This document shows positions 14,842 through 28,873 of a stretch of 64,000 nt of DNA, piece by piece. A program made the position numbers and the translations under genes. The number at the start of each line of letters is the position of its first letter. Position 1 is the first letter of the stretch. Origin of the DNA: the human T2T-CHM13v2.0 reference genome, Homo sapiens; NCBI RefSeq assembly GCF_009914755.1, contig NC_060928.1. One strand, 5' to 3'. The notes beneath the pieces were generated by a model. It saw only the letters and a list, made by a program, of their open reading frames with translations. It had not been told where the DNA came from and ran no database searches.

Positions 14842-14894
<53 letters not shown>
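14842..14894. repeat. (CA)n microsatellite
   Basis: Pure run of about 26 units. Confidence 0.97.
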
Positions 14895-14897
<3 letters not shown>

Positions 14898-15033
14898 GGG
14901 AGTTTATTAAGTATTAACATTCACGATCACAAGATTGTGATTGTGTTATTAAGTATTGACTTCCACAATCATATATATATATCCCATTATATATCCTATT
15001 AGTTCTGTCCCTCTAGAGAACCCCGGCTAATAC
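14895..15033. mobile_element. MLT2A-type LTR 3' end fragments in both orientations
   Basis: ATCCTATTAGTTCTGTCCCTCTAGAGAACCC on +, preceded by GGGAGTTTATTAAGTATTAAC..CACGATCACAAG from the opposite strand. Confidence 0.7.
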
Positions 15034-15732
15034 CCATACAAAAGCACAAACTGAAAAGGGGGGGAGCCGCTCTGCCTTGGAGGAGCACATGTCCCTTTCC
15101 TGGATCCTCCTGCCATAGGTCACAGAGTAGATGTTGAGGAACTTGGATTCATGGCAGTGCAGTTTCAGCTCCTTGTCTTCACACACGGTTTTGTTTTTTA
15201 ATTCATCTGAAGCAGAAACAAAAATTGAAGGCACCATCAGCTTCCCCCAGAAGGAATTGATGAGCTGTGTCCAAGTCCCACTGCTCATTTCCCCAGGGCT
15301 GCACCCTGAGAAGGGGGCAGTGGGGATGGCCCTGTGGGCTCATGCTGTCTCTGACCCCAGAAAACAAAGCCCTATGCAGGAAGCAGGTGGGAAGCAACCT
15401 GTTGACAAGGGCAAAGACCCTGGGAATGATACTAAGGGGCAAATGGAGGAGAGGTGCTGGCGTTAAGGAGGCAGACACATGGAGTTAGGCCCCAGGAAGG
15501 GCCTGGCTAGAAAGGAAGTTTCTCTCGCTCAGCACTTAAGGTCACACATTCCTTCACTGAAGGGGGCCTTTTCTCAAATGTTGGCTTGGGATCCACATAG
15601 GTAAAGACAGACCAGAAATTACTTGAAAGAAGCATTAAGCTTCTTTCTCTCTCTGGAGAGAGCCCAGTTAAACCTCACCTCCAGCCCCTCAGCTGGCATC
15701 CCCTTGTGTGTACGAATTATTTATTATGTTAG

Positions 15733-16380
<648 letters not shown>

Positions 16381-16760
16381 AGAAAGATGATATGATACCA
16401 AATAAAATCATTTCCTTTCCTAGGAAAAGGGCAAAAACAAGGCACGGTGTCAGTTAAGAATCCCTCTTTAGAGAAGCATGAAAAGTCTGCCCCAAATCTG
16501 GTAAATCCAGGAACAACTGACTGTCAAGCTGATGGTGCATTCTAGGTTAGGATGATTTGGACCAGGTTGTACTTTGTTCCTAAAGAATTCAAGGAAAAGT
16601 TTGTTTGTTTAATCTGCTTAATATAGTAAAATCTTTCTTTGCAATGTCATGCAAAGTTGGCGTTACGTGTGCAGTGTTGAAGAAAACATAGTTAATTGTT
16701 TTTTTAAAAGAATGTACTCCAAAACCATTTAATTAGCAAAAATGTTTAATAATGATTTGA

Positions 16761-17055
<295 letters not shown>

Positions 17056-17895
17056 CTTTGAGTACATTTTCTAAGAAGTTGGTCATGAGTTCAGATGTCT
17101 GCCTCAAAGAGATACTTGTGGTTTCCATTAAAGAACCCACCTTCTCTTTCTACAGGAGTATTTATGGGAGATATGGGCCTGGAGGTTGGAATCTATCCTG
17201 GTTGTACTTTGCTATACTGAAGTAAGGAGTAAACCTACAAATAAATTCATATTGAAGTGTACAAAGGGGGCTCTACAATAGGTAGGAATTCTATTTAGTT
17301 TTGTTGGGTAACAAATCCTTTGAGAAGCAAATAATAGCTCACCTACAAATCTGGTGATCTGTATAAGTTGGGATTTTTCATGGATCAGTTTTGCTTGGAT
17401 TAAACTATATAATCACAAATATATTTACACCCAGAGAGAGAGAAAGAGTGTCTGTTGAAACTGTATCATCTTAACGTGTCTATAAAAGGCAATACCTGGA
17501 AGGTGGTGGGTGCCACACAAGTTAAGCTGTCTTCCCTCTGGCAGGCAGGCTTCTGGGAACTACACATTGGGTAATCTTGTCCATAAAATGCCGATTGGAC
17601 ACTTATTGTAGAATGCCGAGGGCACTGTAGATTCAGATAGTCCCCATCACAGGCATAGGTGGTGTGGTTTTACAGGAGTTTGGTTAGGTAACCTGGAAAA
17701 TATTCAGTCGGGTTACAAGAGGCCCAGGAACCCACCACCCCTCCTTGGGTTTGGGGACAGGAGGACGTTGGTTCCCCTGGGGAAGGGTTGTTGAGTTAAC
17801 AACATGTGGGGTAGGGCCTCCCTAGAAGCTCTGGTGCAGAGGTCACCAAACCAGGCCCAGAGGTGGGGCACAGGAGCCAATGTCAGCTTTCATGT

Positions 17896-18693
17896 TGATA
17901 TGGAAGGGGGGCAAGGGAATGCTGGTTAGAGAAGGGTGGGGTCCCTGGCAAGCGCTCCACCCTCGGGCTTGTGCCCTTGCACCTTAGTGAGAACAGGCAC
18001 TCCTGTTTTCATGTCCAAATGTTGCATTTTCCAAGAATACTCTGGCCTGCTATGACCCCCATCCTGTGCCCATAAAAAACCCAAGACCCTAGTGGGCACA
18101 GACACAAGTGGCTGGACATCCAGAGGAGCAGAGAAGCAGAAGAGCACACTGATGGACATCAGCAGATGCTGGCAGGCTTTTGACAGTGGGGAGATGTGGA
18201 ATTCACTTGGGGGCGGTTGGAGGAGAGTCTGGCTGCTAGGCAGCCCGACTCTAGGGGAAGACCACCTTCCCACTCCATCCCCCTTCTGGCTCCCCATCCA
18301 TCTGAGAGCCACCTCCTCCACTCAATAAAATCTTGCATTCATTCTCCAAGTCCACATGCGATCTGATTTTTCAAGTACACTAGGGCAAGAACCCGTGATA
18401 CAGAAAGCCCTCTGTCTTTGTGATAAGGCAGAGGGCCTAACTGAGCTGATTAACACATGCCGCCTGCAGATGGCAAAACTGAAGGATACCACTGTAACAC
18501 ATGCCCACTGGGGCTTCAGGAGCTGTAAACACCCAATTCCACACGCTGCTGTGGGGCCAGAGCCCAGAAATGCTCCCCACGACCTGCCCATCTGCACGCT
18601 CCCTCTAGGGGTTTGAGCAACAGGGTACTGAGAAGTGAGCCATGCCCCTGTATCATGCCCTGCAAGGGGGATAAGGGAACTCCTCCTGTTTCA
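17896..18693 (+). mobile_element. MER50-family solo LTR
   Basis: TGATATGGAAGGGG ... CCTGTTTCA, internal AATAAA, perfect 4-bp TSD ATGT. Confidence 0.85.
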
Positions 18694-19024
18694 ATGTTTG
18701 GGTCAGAAACCTTGGTCTGGGATGGCCCAATGAATGGTTTGGAGGGCTCTTTCCCCTTCAGGAAGCACTAACGTATTGGCCAGGAGCCAAGAGGTCCTGA
18801 AGCACCTTTATAAACCAGGAAAAAAAATTGGGGTGAGTGTCCCATGGACGTGTGGATGACCATCCTGAGGGAGGCTTTCATTTGCTCATCTCCCACTAGG
18901 GAGGCCATGCCTTATTGGGATGAGAGGATGCAGTTTCATTTCAAGAAATCACTCTTGGCTCTGTCTTGGTGCTGGCAAGGAAAGACAGGCAGGTGCCCTG
19001 TGCAGAGAGGTGATGGTGGGGCTC

Positions 19025-20416
19025 TGCTGTGGGTTGAATGGTGTCCCCTCAAATTCACGTTCATCAGTGTGGGGAAAAGAAAGAGAGATCAGATTGTTAC
19101 TGTGTCTGTGTAGAAAGTAGACATAAGAGACTCCATTTTGTTCTGTGCTAAGAAAAATTCTTCTGCCTTGAGATGCTGTTAATCTGTAACCCTACCCCCA
19201 ACCCTGTGCTCCCTGAGACATGTGCTGTGTCAACTCAGGGTTAAATGGATTAAGGGCTGTGCAGGGTGTGCTTTATTAAACAAATGCTTGAAGGCAGCAT
19301 GCTTGTTAAGAGTCATCACCACTCCCTAATCTCAAGTACCCAGAGACACAAAACGCTGCAGAAGGCCACAGGGACCTCTGCCTGGGAAAGCCAGGTATTG
19401 TCCAAGGTTTCTCCCCATGTGATAGCCTGATATATGGCCTCCTAGGAAGGGAAAGACCTGAATGTCCCCCAGCCGGACACCCATAAAGGGTCTGTGCTGG
19501 GGAGGATTAGTGAAAGAGGAAGGCCTCTTTGCAGTTGAGATAAAAGGAAGGCATCTGTCTCCTGCTTGTCCCTGGGCAATGGAACCTCTTGGTGTCAAGA
19601 CCGATTGTATATTCCATCTACTGAGATAAGGGAAAACCACCTTAGGGCTGGAGGTGGGACATGCTGGCAGCAATACTGCTCTTTAATGGATTAAGATGTT
19701 TATGTGTATGCACATCAAAAGCACAGCACTTAATTCTTTACCTTGTTTAAGATGCAGAGAGCTTTGTTCACGTGTTTTCCTACTGACCTTCTCTCCGCTA
19801 TTACCCTATTGTCCTGCCAAATCCCCCTCTCTGGGAAACACCCGATAATGATCAATAAATACTAAGGGAACTCAGAGGCCGGTACCGGCAGGGGTCCTCC
19901 GTATGCTGAACGCCCTTCCCCTGGGCCCTATTTTCTTTCTCTATACTTTGTCTCTGTGTCTCTTTCTTTTCCAGGTCTCTCATTCCACATAACGAGAAAC
20001 GCCCACAGGTGTGGAGGGGCAACCCACCCCTTCAATCAGGAACCTCAGAATGTGACATTTGGAAATTGGGTGGTTGCAGATGTAACAAATTAACTTGGCG
20101 ACATAGTGGAGTAAGGTGGGCCCTTCACACCATATGACTGGTATCCTTATAAGAAGAAAAGAAGAGACACAGAGGGAAGACAGCCGTGTGCAGCTGGAAT
20201 GATGCACCTGAAGCCAAGGAATGCTGCGCATTGCCGGCCACCACCCAAAACTGGAAAAAGTCAGGCAGGATTCTTCCCTAGAATCTTCAAAGGCAGCACA
20301 GCCCTGCCAACACCTGGATTCAGACTATGGCCTCCAGAACTGTGAGAGGATGAATTTCTGTTGTTTTCAGCCACCCAAGCTTAGGGAATGGGTTGCAGCA
20401 GACTGGGAATAAGACA
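19025..20416 (+). mobile_element. MLT1C-like MaLR LTR split by LTR5
   Basis: TGCTGTGGGTTGAATGGTGTCCCC before the LTR5; GAACCTCAGAATGTGAC ... GCCTCCAGAACTGTGAG ... AAGACA after it. Confidence 0.85.
19068..20034 (+). mobile_element. HERV-K(HML-2) solo LTR5 (LTR5B-like), 967 bp
   Basis: TGTGGGGAAAAGAAAGAGAGATCAG ... CCACCCCTTCA; TSD ATCAG at 19063-19067 and 20035-20039. Confidence 0.95.
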
Positions 20417-20870
20417 GGCAGCCAGGCAGCCTCCGTGGAATTCCCAGGCAGCTTGCAGGAGCCACAGTGGGCCCTGGGCTCTGAGAAGGTCTGAGGCCCA
20501 GCAGGCGCAGGGGCCTAAATTATTTCTCGGCAAGGAGGAAGGAAGGTTCATCAAGAACATAGATCCCCTTCCTCCTTCTCACACCTCACGAGGTCACAGC
20601 GACGTGGCTGGGAGGAGAGCCAGTGACTTTTCACTGAGGTGTGTGGGAGACAGCTTGGCCGCCCTTGGCCTCTGAAGGGAGGAGGTGGCGTGAAGGAGGG
20701 CAGCTTCGGAACTTCCCAGTTCCTGCTTGATGACCTGTGTGTAAAGTATTCCTGTTTAGGTTTCAAAATCCTCTGAGAAACATAATTCTCAGAAAATCTA
20801 GGCACCCAATCCAGCTCCCTGGCCTTCTCTGAAATCTGAAGTCAAAGGGGCTGAGCCAGCCTGCCCTGGG

Positions 20871-21279
20871 TGTCAGGCCTCTGAGCTCAAGCTAAGCCAT
20901 CATATCCCCTGTGACCTGCAGGTACACATCCAGATGGCCCGTTCCTGCCTTAACTGACGACATTCCACCACAAAAGAAGTGAAAATGGTCTGTTCCTGCC
21001 TTAACTGATGACATTGTCTTGTGAAATTCCTTCTCCTGGCTCATCCTGGCTCAAAACCTCCCCCACTGAGTAGCTTGTGACCCCCACTCTGCCTGCCAGA
21101 GAACAACCCTCCTTTGACTGTAATTTTCCTTTACCTACCCAAATCCTATAAAACGGCCCCACCCCATCTCCCTTTGCTGACCCTCTTTTCAGACTCAGCC
21201 CACCTGCACCCAGGTGAAATAAACAGCCATGTTGCTCACACAAAGCCTGTTTGGTCGTCTCTTCACACAGACACGCATG
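20871..21279 (+). mobile_element. 5' LTR7
   Basis: Starts TGTCAGGCCTCTGAG, TATA CCTATAAAA, AATAAA; terminal bases deleted at the PBS junction. Confidence 0.95.
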
Positions 21280-21295
21280 GTGCCATGACTCGGAT
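21278..21295 (+). other. tRNA-His primer binding site
   Basis: TGGTGCCATGACTCGGAT, one CpG-type mismatch to TGGTGCCGTGACTCGGAT. Confidence 0.9.
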
Positions 21296-21417
21296 CAGAG
21301 ACCTCCCTTGGGAGATCAATCCCATGTCCTCCTGTTGTTTGCTCCGTGAAAACGATCCACCTACAACCTCAGGTCCTCAGACCCACCAGCCCAAGGAACA
21401 TCTCACCAATTTTAAAT

Positions 21418-21426
21418 CTGGTAAGC
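21418..21426 (+). promoter_or_regulatory. HERV-H major splice donor
   Basis: CTG|GTAAGC about 140 nt into the leader. Confidence 0.75.
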
Positions 21427-22929
21427 AGCCTCTTCTTACACTCTTCTCCAACCTGTCTCACTGTCCCTCAACCACTTTCTCCTTTCCACTCTTCAATCTC
21501 TCCCTTCTCTTGATTTCAATTCCTTTCATTTTCTGGTAGAGACAAAGGAGACACGTTATATCCGTGGACCCAAAACTCCGGCGCTGGTCATGGACTGGGA
21601 AGGCAGCCTTCCCTTGGTGTTTAATCATTACAGGGATGCCTCTCTGAATATTCCCCCATGTTTCAAAGGTGTCAGACCACGCAGGGACGCCTGCCTTGGT
21701 CCTTCAACCTTAGCGGCAAGTCCCGCTTTTCTGGGGGAGGGGTAAGTACCCCAACCCCTTCTCTCCATGTCTCTACCCCTTCTCTGCTTTTCTGGGGGAG
21801 GCACAAGTACCCCAATCTCGTATCTCTACACCCCAATCCCTTATTTCCAAGCCCCTACCTCTTATCTCTGCACCCCAATCCCTTATTTCCGCACCCTGAC
21901 CTCTTATATCTCTGTACCCCGATCTCTTATTTCCATGCCTGGACCTTGTATCTCTGCATCCCGACCCCTTTCCCACTTTTCTGGAGGGTAAGAACCCCCG
22001 AACCGCTTCCCTCCATGTCTCTACTCTCTCTTTTTTCTGGGCTTCCTTCCTTCACTATGGGCAACCTTCCACCCTCCATTCCTCCTTCTTCTCCCTTAGC
22101 CTGTGTTTTTAAGAACTTAAAACCTCTTCAACTCTCACCTGACCTAAAATCTAAGCATCTTATTTCTTCTGCAATGCTGCTTGACCCCAAAACAAACTCA
22201 ACAGTAGTTCCAAATAGCCAGAAAATGGCACTTTCAATTTTTCCATCCTGCAAGATCTAAATAATTCTTGTCGTAAAATAGGCAAATGGTCTGAGGTGCC
22301 TGACGTCCAGGCATTCTTTTACACATCGGTCCCTTCCTAGTCTCTGTGCCCAAAGCAACTCATCCCAAATCTTCCTCCTTTCCCTCCCACCTGTCCCCTC
22401 AGTCCCAAACCCAAGCATCGCTGAGTCTTTCTAATCTTCCTTTTCTACAGACCCATCTGACCTCTCCCCTCCTCCCCAGGCTGCTCCTCGCCAGGCCGAG
22501 CTAGGTCCCAATTCTTCCTCAGCCTCCACTCCTCCACCCTACAATCCTTTTATCACCTCCCCTCCTCACACCCGGTCTGGTCTACAGTTTCATTCCATGA
22601 CTAGCCCTCCCCCACCTGCCCAGCAATTTACTCTTGAAAAGTTGCCTGGAGCTAAAGACATAGTCGAGGTTAATGCTCTTTTTTCTTTATCCTAAATCAG
22701 ATAGCATTTAGCCTCTTTTTCATCAAATATAAAAATCCAGCCCAGTTCATGGCTCGTTCAGCAGCAACCCTGAGACACTTTACAGCCCTAGACCCTAAAA
22801 AGTCAAAAGGCCATGTTATTCTCAATATACATTTTATTTCCCAATCTGCTCCCTACATTAAATAAAACTCCAAAAATTAAATTCTGGCCCTCAAACCCCA
22901 CAACAGTATTTAATTAACCTCGCCTTCAA

Positions 22930-25460
22930 GGTGTACAATAATAGAAAAAAAGCTGTAATTCCTTACCTCCACTGTGAGACAAACCCCAGCCACATCTCCA
23001 GCACACAAGAACTTCCAAATGCCTGAACCGCAGTGGCCAGGCGTTACTCCAGAACCTTCTCCCCCAGGAGCTTGCTACAAGTGCCAGAAATCTGACTACC
23101 AGGCCAAGGAATGCCTGCAGCCCAGGATTCCTCCTAAGCCGCGTCCCATCTGTGCGGGACTCCACTGGAAATCGGACTGTCCAACTCACCTGGCAGCCAC
23201 TCCCAGAGCCCCTGGAACTCTGGCCCAAGCCTCTCTGACTGATCCCTTCTCGGCTTAGCGGCTGAAGACTGACGCTGCCTTATTGCCTCGGAAGCCCCGT
23301 AGACCATCACGGACGCCGAGCTTTAGGTAACTCTCACAGTGGAAAGTAAGTTCATCCCCTTCTTAATCAATACGGAGGCTCCCCACTCCACATTACCTTC
23401 TTTTCAAGGGCCTGTTTCCCTTGCCTCCATAACTGTTGTGGGTATTGACGGCCAGGCTTCTAAACCTCTTAAAACTCCCCAAGTCTTGTGCCAACTTAGA
23501 CAAAACTCTTTTAAGCACTCCTTTTTAGTTATCCCCACCTGCCCAGTTCCCTTATTAGGCCGAAACACTTTAACTAAATTATCTGCTTCCCTGACTATTC
23601 CTGGGCTACAGCCACACCGCATTGTGACCTTTTCCCCCAGTTCAAAGCCCCCTTCACATCCTCCTCTTGTATCTCCCCACCTTAATCCGCAAGTATAGGA
23701 TACCTCTACTCCCTCCTTGTTGACCTATCATGCACCCCTTACCATCTGATTAAAACCTAATCACCCTTACCCCACTCAACGCCAATATCCCATCCCACAG
23801 CATGCTTTGAAAGGATTAAAGCCTGTTATCACTCGCCTGCTACAGCATGGCCTTTTAAAGCCTATAAACTCTCCTTACAATTCTCCCATTTTACCTGTCC
23901 TAAAACCAGACAAGCCTTACAAGTTAGTTCAGGATTTGCCTCTTATCAACAAAATTGTTTTGCCTATCCACCCCATGGTGCCAAACACACATACTCTCCT
24001 ATCCTCAATACCTCCCTCAACAACCCATTATTCTGTTCTGGATCTCAAACTTGGTATCTTTACTATTCCTTTGCTCCTGTCATCCCAGCCTCTCTTCACT
24101 TTCACTTGGACTGACCCTGACACCCATCAGGCTCAGCAGATTACCTGGGCTGTACTGCCGCAAAGCTTCACAGACAGCCCCCATTACTTCAGTCAAGCCC
24201 AAATTTCATCCTCATCTGTTACCTATCTCAGCATAATTCTCATAAAAACACACGTGCTCTCCCTGCTGATCGTGTCTGATTAATCTCCCAAACCTCAATC
24301 CCTTACAAAACGACAACTCCTTTCCTTCCTAGGCATGGTTAGCGTGGTCAGAATTCTTACACAAGAGCCAGGACCGCACCCTGTAGCCTTTCTGTCCAAA
24401 TAGCTTGACCTTACTGTTTTAGCCTAGCCCTCACGTCTCTGTGCAGCGGCTGCTGCCGCCCTAATACTTTTAGAGGCCCTCAAAATCACAAACTATGCAC
24501 AACTCACTCTCTACATTTCTCATAACTTCCAAAATCTATTTTCTTCCTCACACCTGATGCACTTACTTTCTGCTCCCCGGCTCCTTCAGCTGTGCTCACT
24601 CTTTGTTAAGTCCCACAATTACCATTGTTCCTGGCCCGGACTTCAGTCCGGCCTCCCACATTATTCCTGATACTACACCTGACCCCCATGACTGTATCTC
24701 TCTGATCCAACTGACATTCACCTCATTTCCCCATATTTCCTTCTTTCCTGTTCCTCAACCTGATCACTCTTGATTTATTGACGGCAGCTCCACCAGGCCT
24801 AATCACCACACACCAGCAAAGGCAGGCTATGCTATAGTACAAGCCACTAGCCCTCCTCTTAGAACCTCTCATTTTCTTTCCATCGTGGAAATCTATCCTC
24901 AAGGAAATAACTTCTCAGTGTTCCATCTGCTATTCTACTACTCCTCAGGGATTATTCAGGCTCCCTCCCTTCCCTACACATCAAGCTCAGGGATTTGCCC
25001 GCACCCAGGACTGGCAAATTAGTTTTACTCAACGTACCCCGAGTCAGATAACTAAAGTACCTCTTAATCTAAGTAGACACTTTCACTGGATAAGTACAGG
25101 CCTTTCCTACAGGGTCTGAGAAGGCCACCACAGTCATTTCTTCCCTTCTGTCAGACATAATTCCTCAGTTTAGCCTTCCCACCTCTATACAGTCTGACAA
25201 CAGACCAGCCTTTATTAGTCAAATCAGCCAAGCAGTTTTTCAGGCTCTTAGTATTCAGTGAAATCTTTATATCCCTTACAGTCCTCAGTCTTCAGGAAAA
25301 GTAGAACAGACTAATGGTCTTTTAAAAACACACCTCACTAAGCTCAGCCTCCAACTTAAAAAGGACTGTACAACACTTTTACCACTTTCCCTTCTCAGAA
25401 GTCAGAGCTGTCCTCAGAATGCTACAAAATACAGCCCATTTGAGCTCCTGTAAAGACGCT
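22930..25460 (+). pseudogene. Degraded HERV-H gag-pro-pol
   Basis: Short ORF pieces 22974-23258, 23339-23698, 23807-24283; protease DTG reads NTE; no YxDD seen; many stops. Confidence 0.9.
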
Positions 25461-26094
25461 CCTTTTTATTGGCCCCAGTGTCATTCCAGACACCAGACCA
25501 ACTTAGACTGTGCCCCAAAAAACTTGTCATCCCTACTATCTTCTGTCTAGTCAAACTCCTATTTGCCGTTCTCAACTACTCATACATGCCCTTCTCTTGT
25601 TTACACTGCCGGTTTACACTGTTTCTCCAAGTCATCACAGCTGATATCTCCTGGTGCTATCCCCAAACTGCCACTCTTAACTCTTGAAGTAAATAAACAA
25701 TCTCTGCTGACAGGACTATGCTGAACCTCCTTAGGCACTCTCTAATTAGATGTCCTAGGTCCTCCCAATTCTTAGACCTTTAATATCTGTTTTTCTCCTT
25801 CTCTTCTTCCATTTAGTTTTTCAATTCATACAAAACTGTATCCAGGACATCACCAATAATTCTAAATGACAAATGTTTCTTCTAACAACCCTACAATATC
25901 ACCCCTTACCACAAAATCTTCCTTCAGCTTAATCTCTCCCACTCTAGGTTCCCACGCCGCCCCTAATCCCGCTCGAAGCAGCCCTGAGAAACATCGCCCA
26001 TTGTCTCTCCATACCACCCCCAAAAAATTTTCACCATCCCAACACTTTACCACTATTTTGTTTTATTTTTCTTGTTAATATAAGAAGACAGGAA

Positions 26095-26507
26095 CGTCAG
26101 GCCTCTGAGCCCAAGCTAAGCCATCATATCCCCTGTGACCTGCACGTACACATCCAGATGGCCGGTTCCTGCCTTAACTGATGACATTCCACCACAAAAG
26201 AAGTGAAAATGGCCTGTTCCTGCCTTAACTGATGACATTGTCTTGTGAAATTCCTTCTCCTGGCTCATCCTGGCTCAAAACCTCCCCCACTGAGTACATT
26301 GTGATCCCTACTCTGCCCGCCAGAGAACAACCCCCCTTTAACTGTAATTTTCCTTTACCTACCGAAATCCTATAAAACGGCCCCACCCCTATCTCCCTTC
26401 ACTGACTCTCTTTTCAGACTCAGCCTGCCTGCCCCCATGTGAAATAAACAGCTTTATTGCTCACACAAAGCCTGTTTGGTGGTCTCTTCACACGGACGTG
26501 CATGAAA
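26095..26507 (+). mobile_element. 3' LTR7
   Basis: (C)GTCAGGCCTCTGAG ... GCATGAAA, direct repeat of 20871-21279. Confidence 0.95.
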
Positions 26508-27442
26508 CTGGAGTCCTCGCGCCCACCAGCCCAGAGTGCTCTCTAGAGGAAGGTTACAGACCCTTCCTGGCTCACTCATCCAGACGTTAGCTGTCTTGCT
26601 GAAACTCCTTTTTTCACCCTTGAAAACCACTGGAAGAATGGCCAAGAACCCAGCTATCCTGAGTAGGTTCACTTAAAGAAGCAAAATCTAACATGAGTAG
26701 CAAAATGGACATTGGCACCAGGAGTGTGGGTCAGAGTCCTGCCCCTTGGAACTACATCATCGCTTGTACAGTGTACCCCCCAGGCACCAAGAGACCAGGC
26801 TGAGACCCTTCAGTTGCCCTGGGCCTCTGGTCAGTGCTTCCCGCCTGGCACACAGGCAGGCCCTCATAAAACAATGAGTACTGAAAGTTCCAGCCTTCTT
26901 GGTGGGTTCTCAGCACCCCGTCGTGAGCCACACCCTACCCCAGGGAAATCAGGGTCACCCTGCTTCTACCCCTAGGCCAGTGCCCCTTCTGAAGTGCCCA
27001 GGCTGGCACCCCTATACTTAGATCTCTTCAACCTCCTCATGAAAACCTTCTTGTCTGTCACCCCAGCATTCCCCGGACTGTGCTAAATGAGCAGCTGACC
27101 ACACGTCAAATCAATTTTCAGAGTTTGCCTTTGGTTTAATATTCATGGCTTATCCAAAAGATCTTGTCACCATAGCTAGATGAAAAAAATGACAAGGCTC
27201 TGGAGAAGCAGAGCCACAAGATGGAAGATACCTGGGTCCCAGGTTCATGAGGAGAGGAGCTGCCTGCTCCACAGACTGTCACGTGAGTGGGAATGAAACT
27301 TTTGCTGCGTTTAGACCATTACCTTTCTTCACTTTGTCACATAGTCTACCCCCGCTAAACAGAACTTGACCTCCAACAGACCGTTTACATCAAGACCTTC
27401 AGCAGTACAACCTGGCCTACACTCAGTTCAATTCCTTCTTCA

Positions 27443-27922
<480 letters not shown>

Positions 27923-28873
27923 TCACAGCTTGCTTGAATAATAATAATGATCATTATAGTAATTTACAACTTAATAGTCAACACTGCCTTTTTAACCCAG
28001 TCTGTGAGACTGAATCGAAAAAGTGACATTCTTTGAAGCTCTCAATTAATACACCAGACTGCATAAACTCTAATAACTTACCTTTCCATGGAAAGAGAAT
28101 ATGTGGGTATTCTCTTTGAAGACAAATGGTAGAGAGTAGACTCTCATCAAAGACCCTCTGGCAGTAATGAGTTGCATTCGGGAAGGTTCCAGAAGGTTCT
28201 GTGGAAGGCTGCAGTTTGAGATTGGTTCTCAGGTGTCTGTCTAACTACTTTCTAAGGATGAAGACTCCTGGTTCGTGTTTTAGCTACACCCACAGGAGCA
28301 ACAGAGTAAGACATTCCTCCACACCATAACAGACCCCGGCAGTGCAGAGCCATGTGGGTCTTCTCTGTCCTGCTGTCCACAGTCTGGTTTTATCTTAGAC
28401 CCAGCCTGGTGCAATTCATGTTGTGTATTGGCACTCCACTTAAGTTTCCTGTTTGTAAAAAGCCCCTTTCATTCGGTGATTCCTAGGGCTTTAGGGGAAC
28501 TTTCTGGAAACCAGGAAGAAAGAAATAAAGGTTGTTTTGCTGAGGATGGGTTACATGGGGCGCGGGACCCAAATGAGTGGTTTGAGCAAAAAGTAGTCTC
28601 CACGCTGGACTAATGCTTGGCAACACTATGGGAAAATTTGGAGAAGCCGGGAGAGGAGGGGGCAGAGTTTCTTTCCCAGCCAGCCAGGGTGTCCAGGCAC
28701 TTTTGGTCCTAGGACATCTCTCTGTGCATTCCCAAGTAATTGCAAGGCTTCTTCTTGTCATCGCCTGAGACTTGGATTCCCCAAGCGTCCTTCTTTTCCT
28801 GGAGCCTCTGAGTCCTCCATTCCTGAGGCCTTTCTTCAGCCCTCCCAATAGCCCTGCCATGATTTCATTGCAG

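Larger units (their letters stand above)
20871..26507 (+). mobile_element. HERV-H provirus (common deleted ~5.6-kb form, two LTR7)
   Basis: Paired LTRs, His PBS, gag zinc-knuckle remnant (CYKCQKSDYQAKEC), protease (FLINTEA), RT (LLKPINSPYNSPILPV, WAVLPQSFTDSP), integrase remnants, purine tract AAGAAGACAGGAA before the 3' LTR. Flanks CTGGG/CTGGA form a 5-bp TSD with one mismatch. Confidence 0.96.

Noticed and set aside
23807-24283. Functional reverse transcriptase
   Set aside because: Fragment with no YxDD; protease active site mutated; typical deleted HERV-H.
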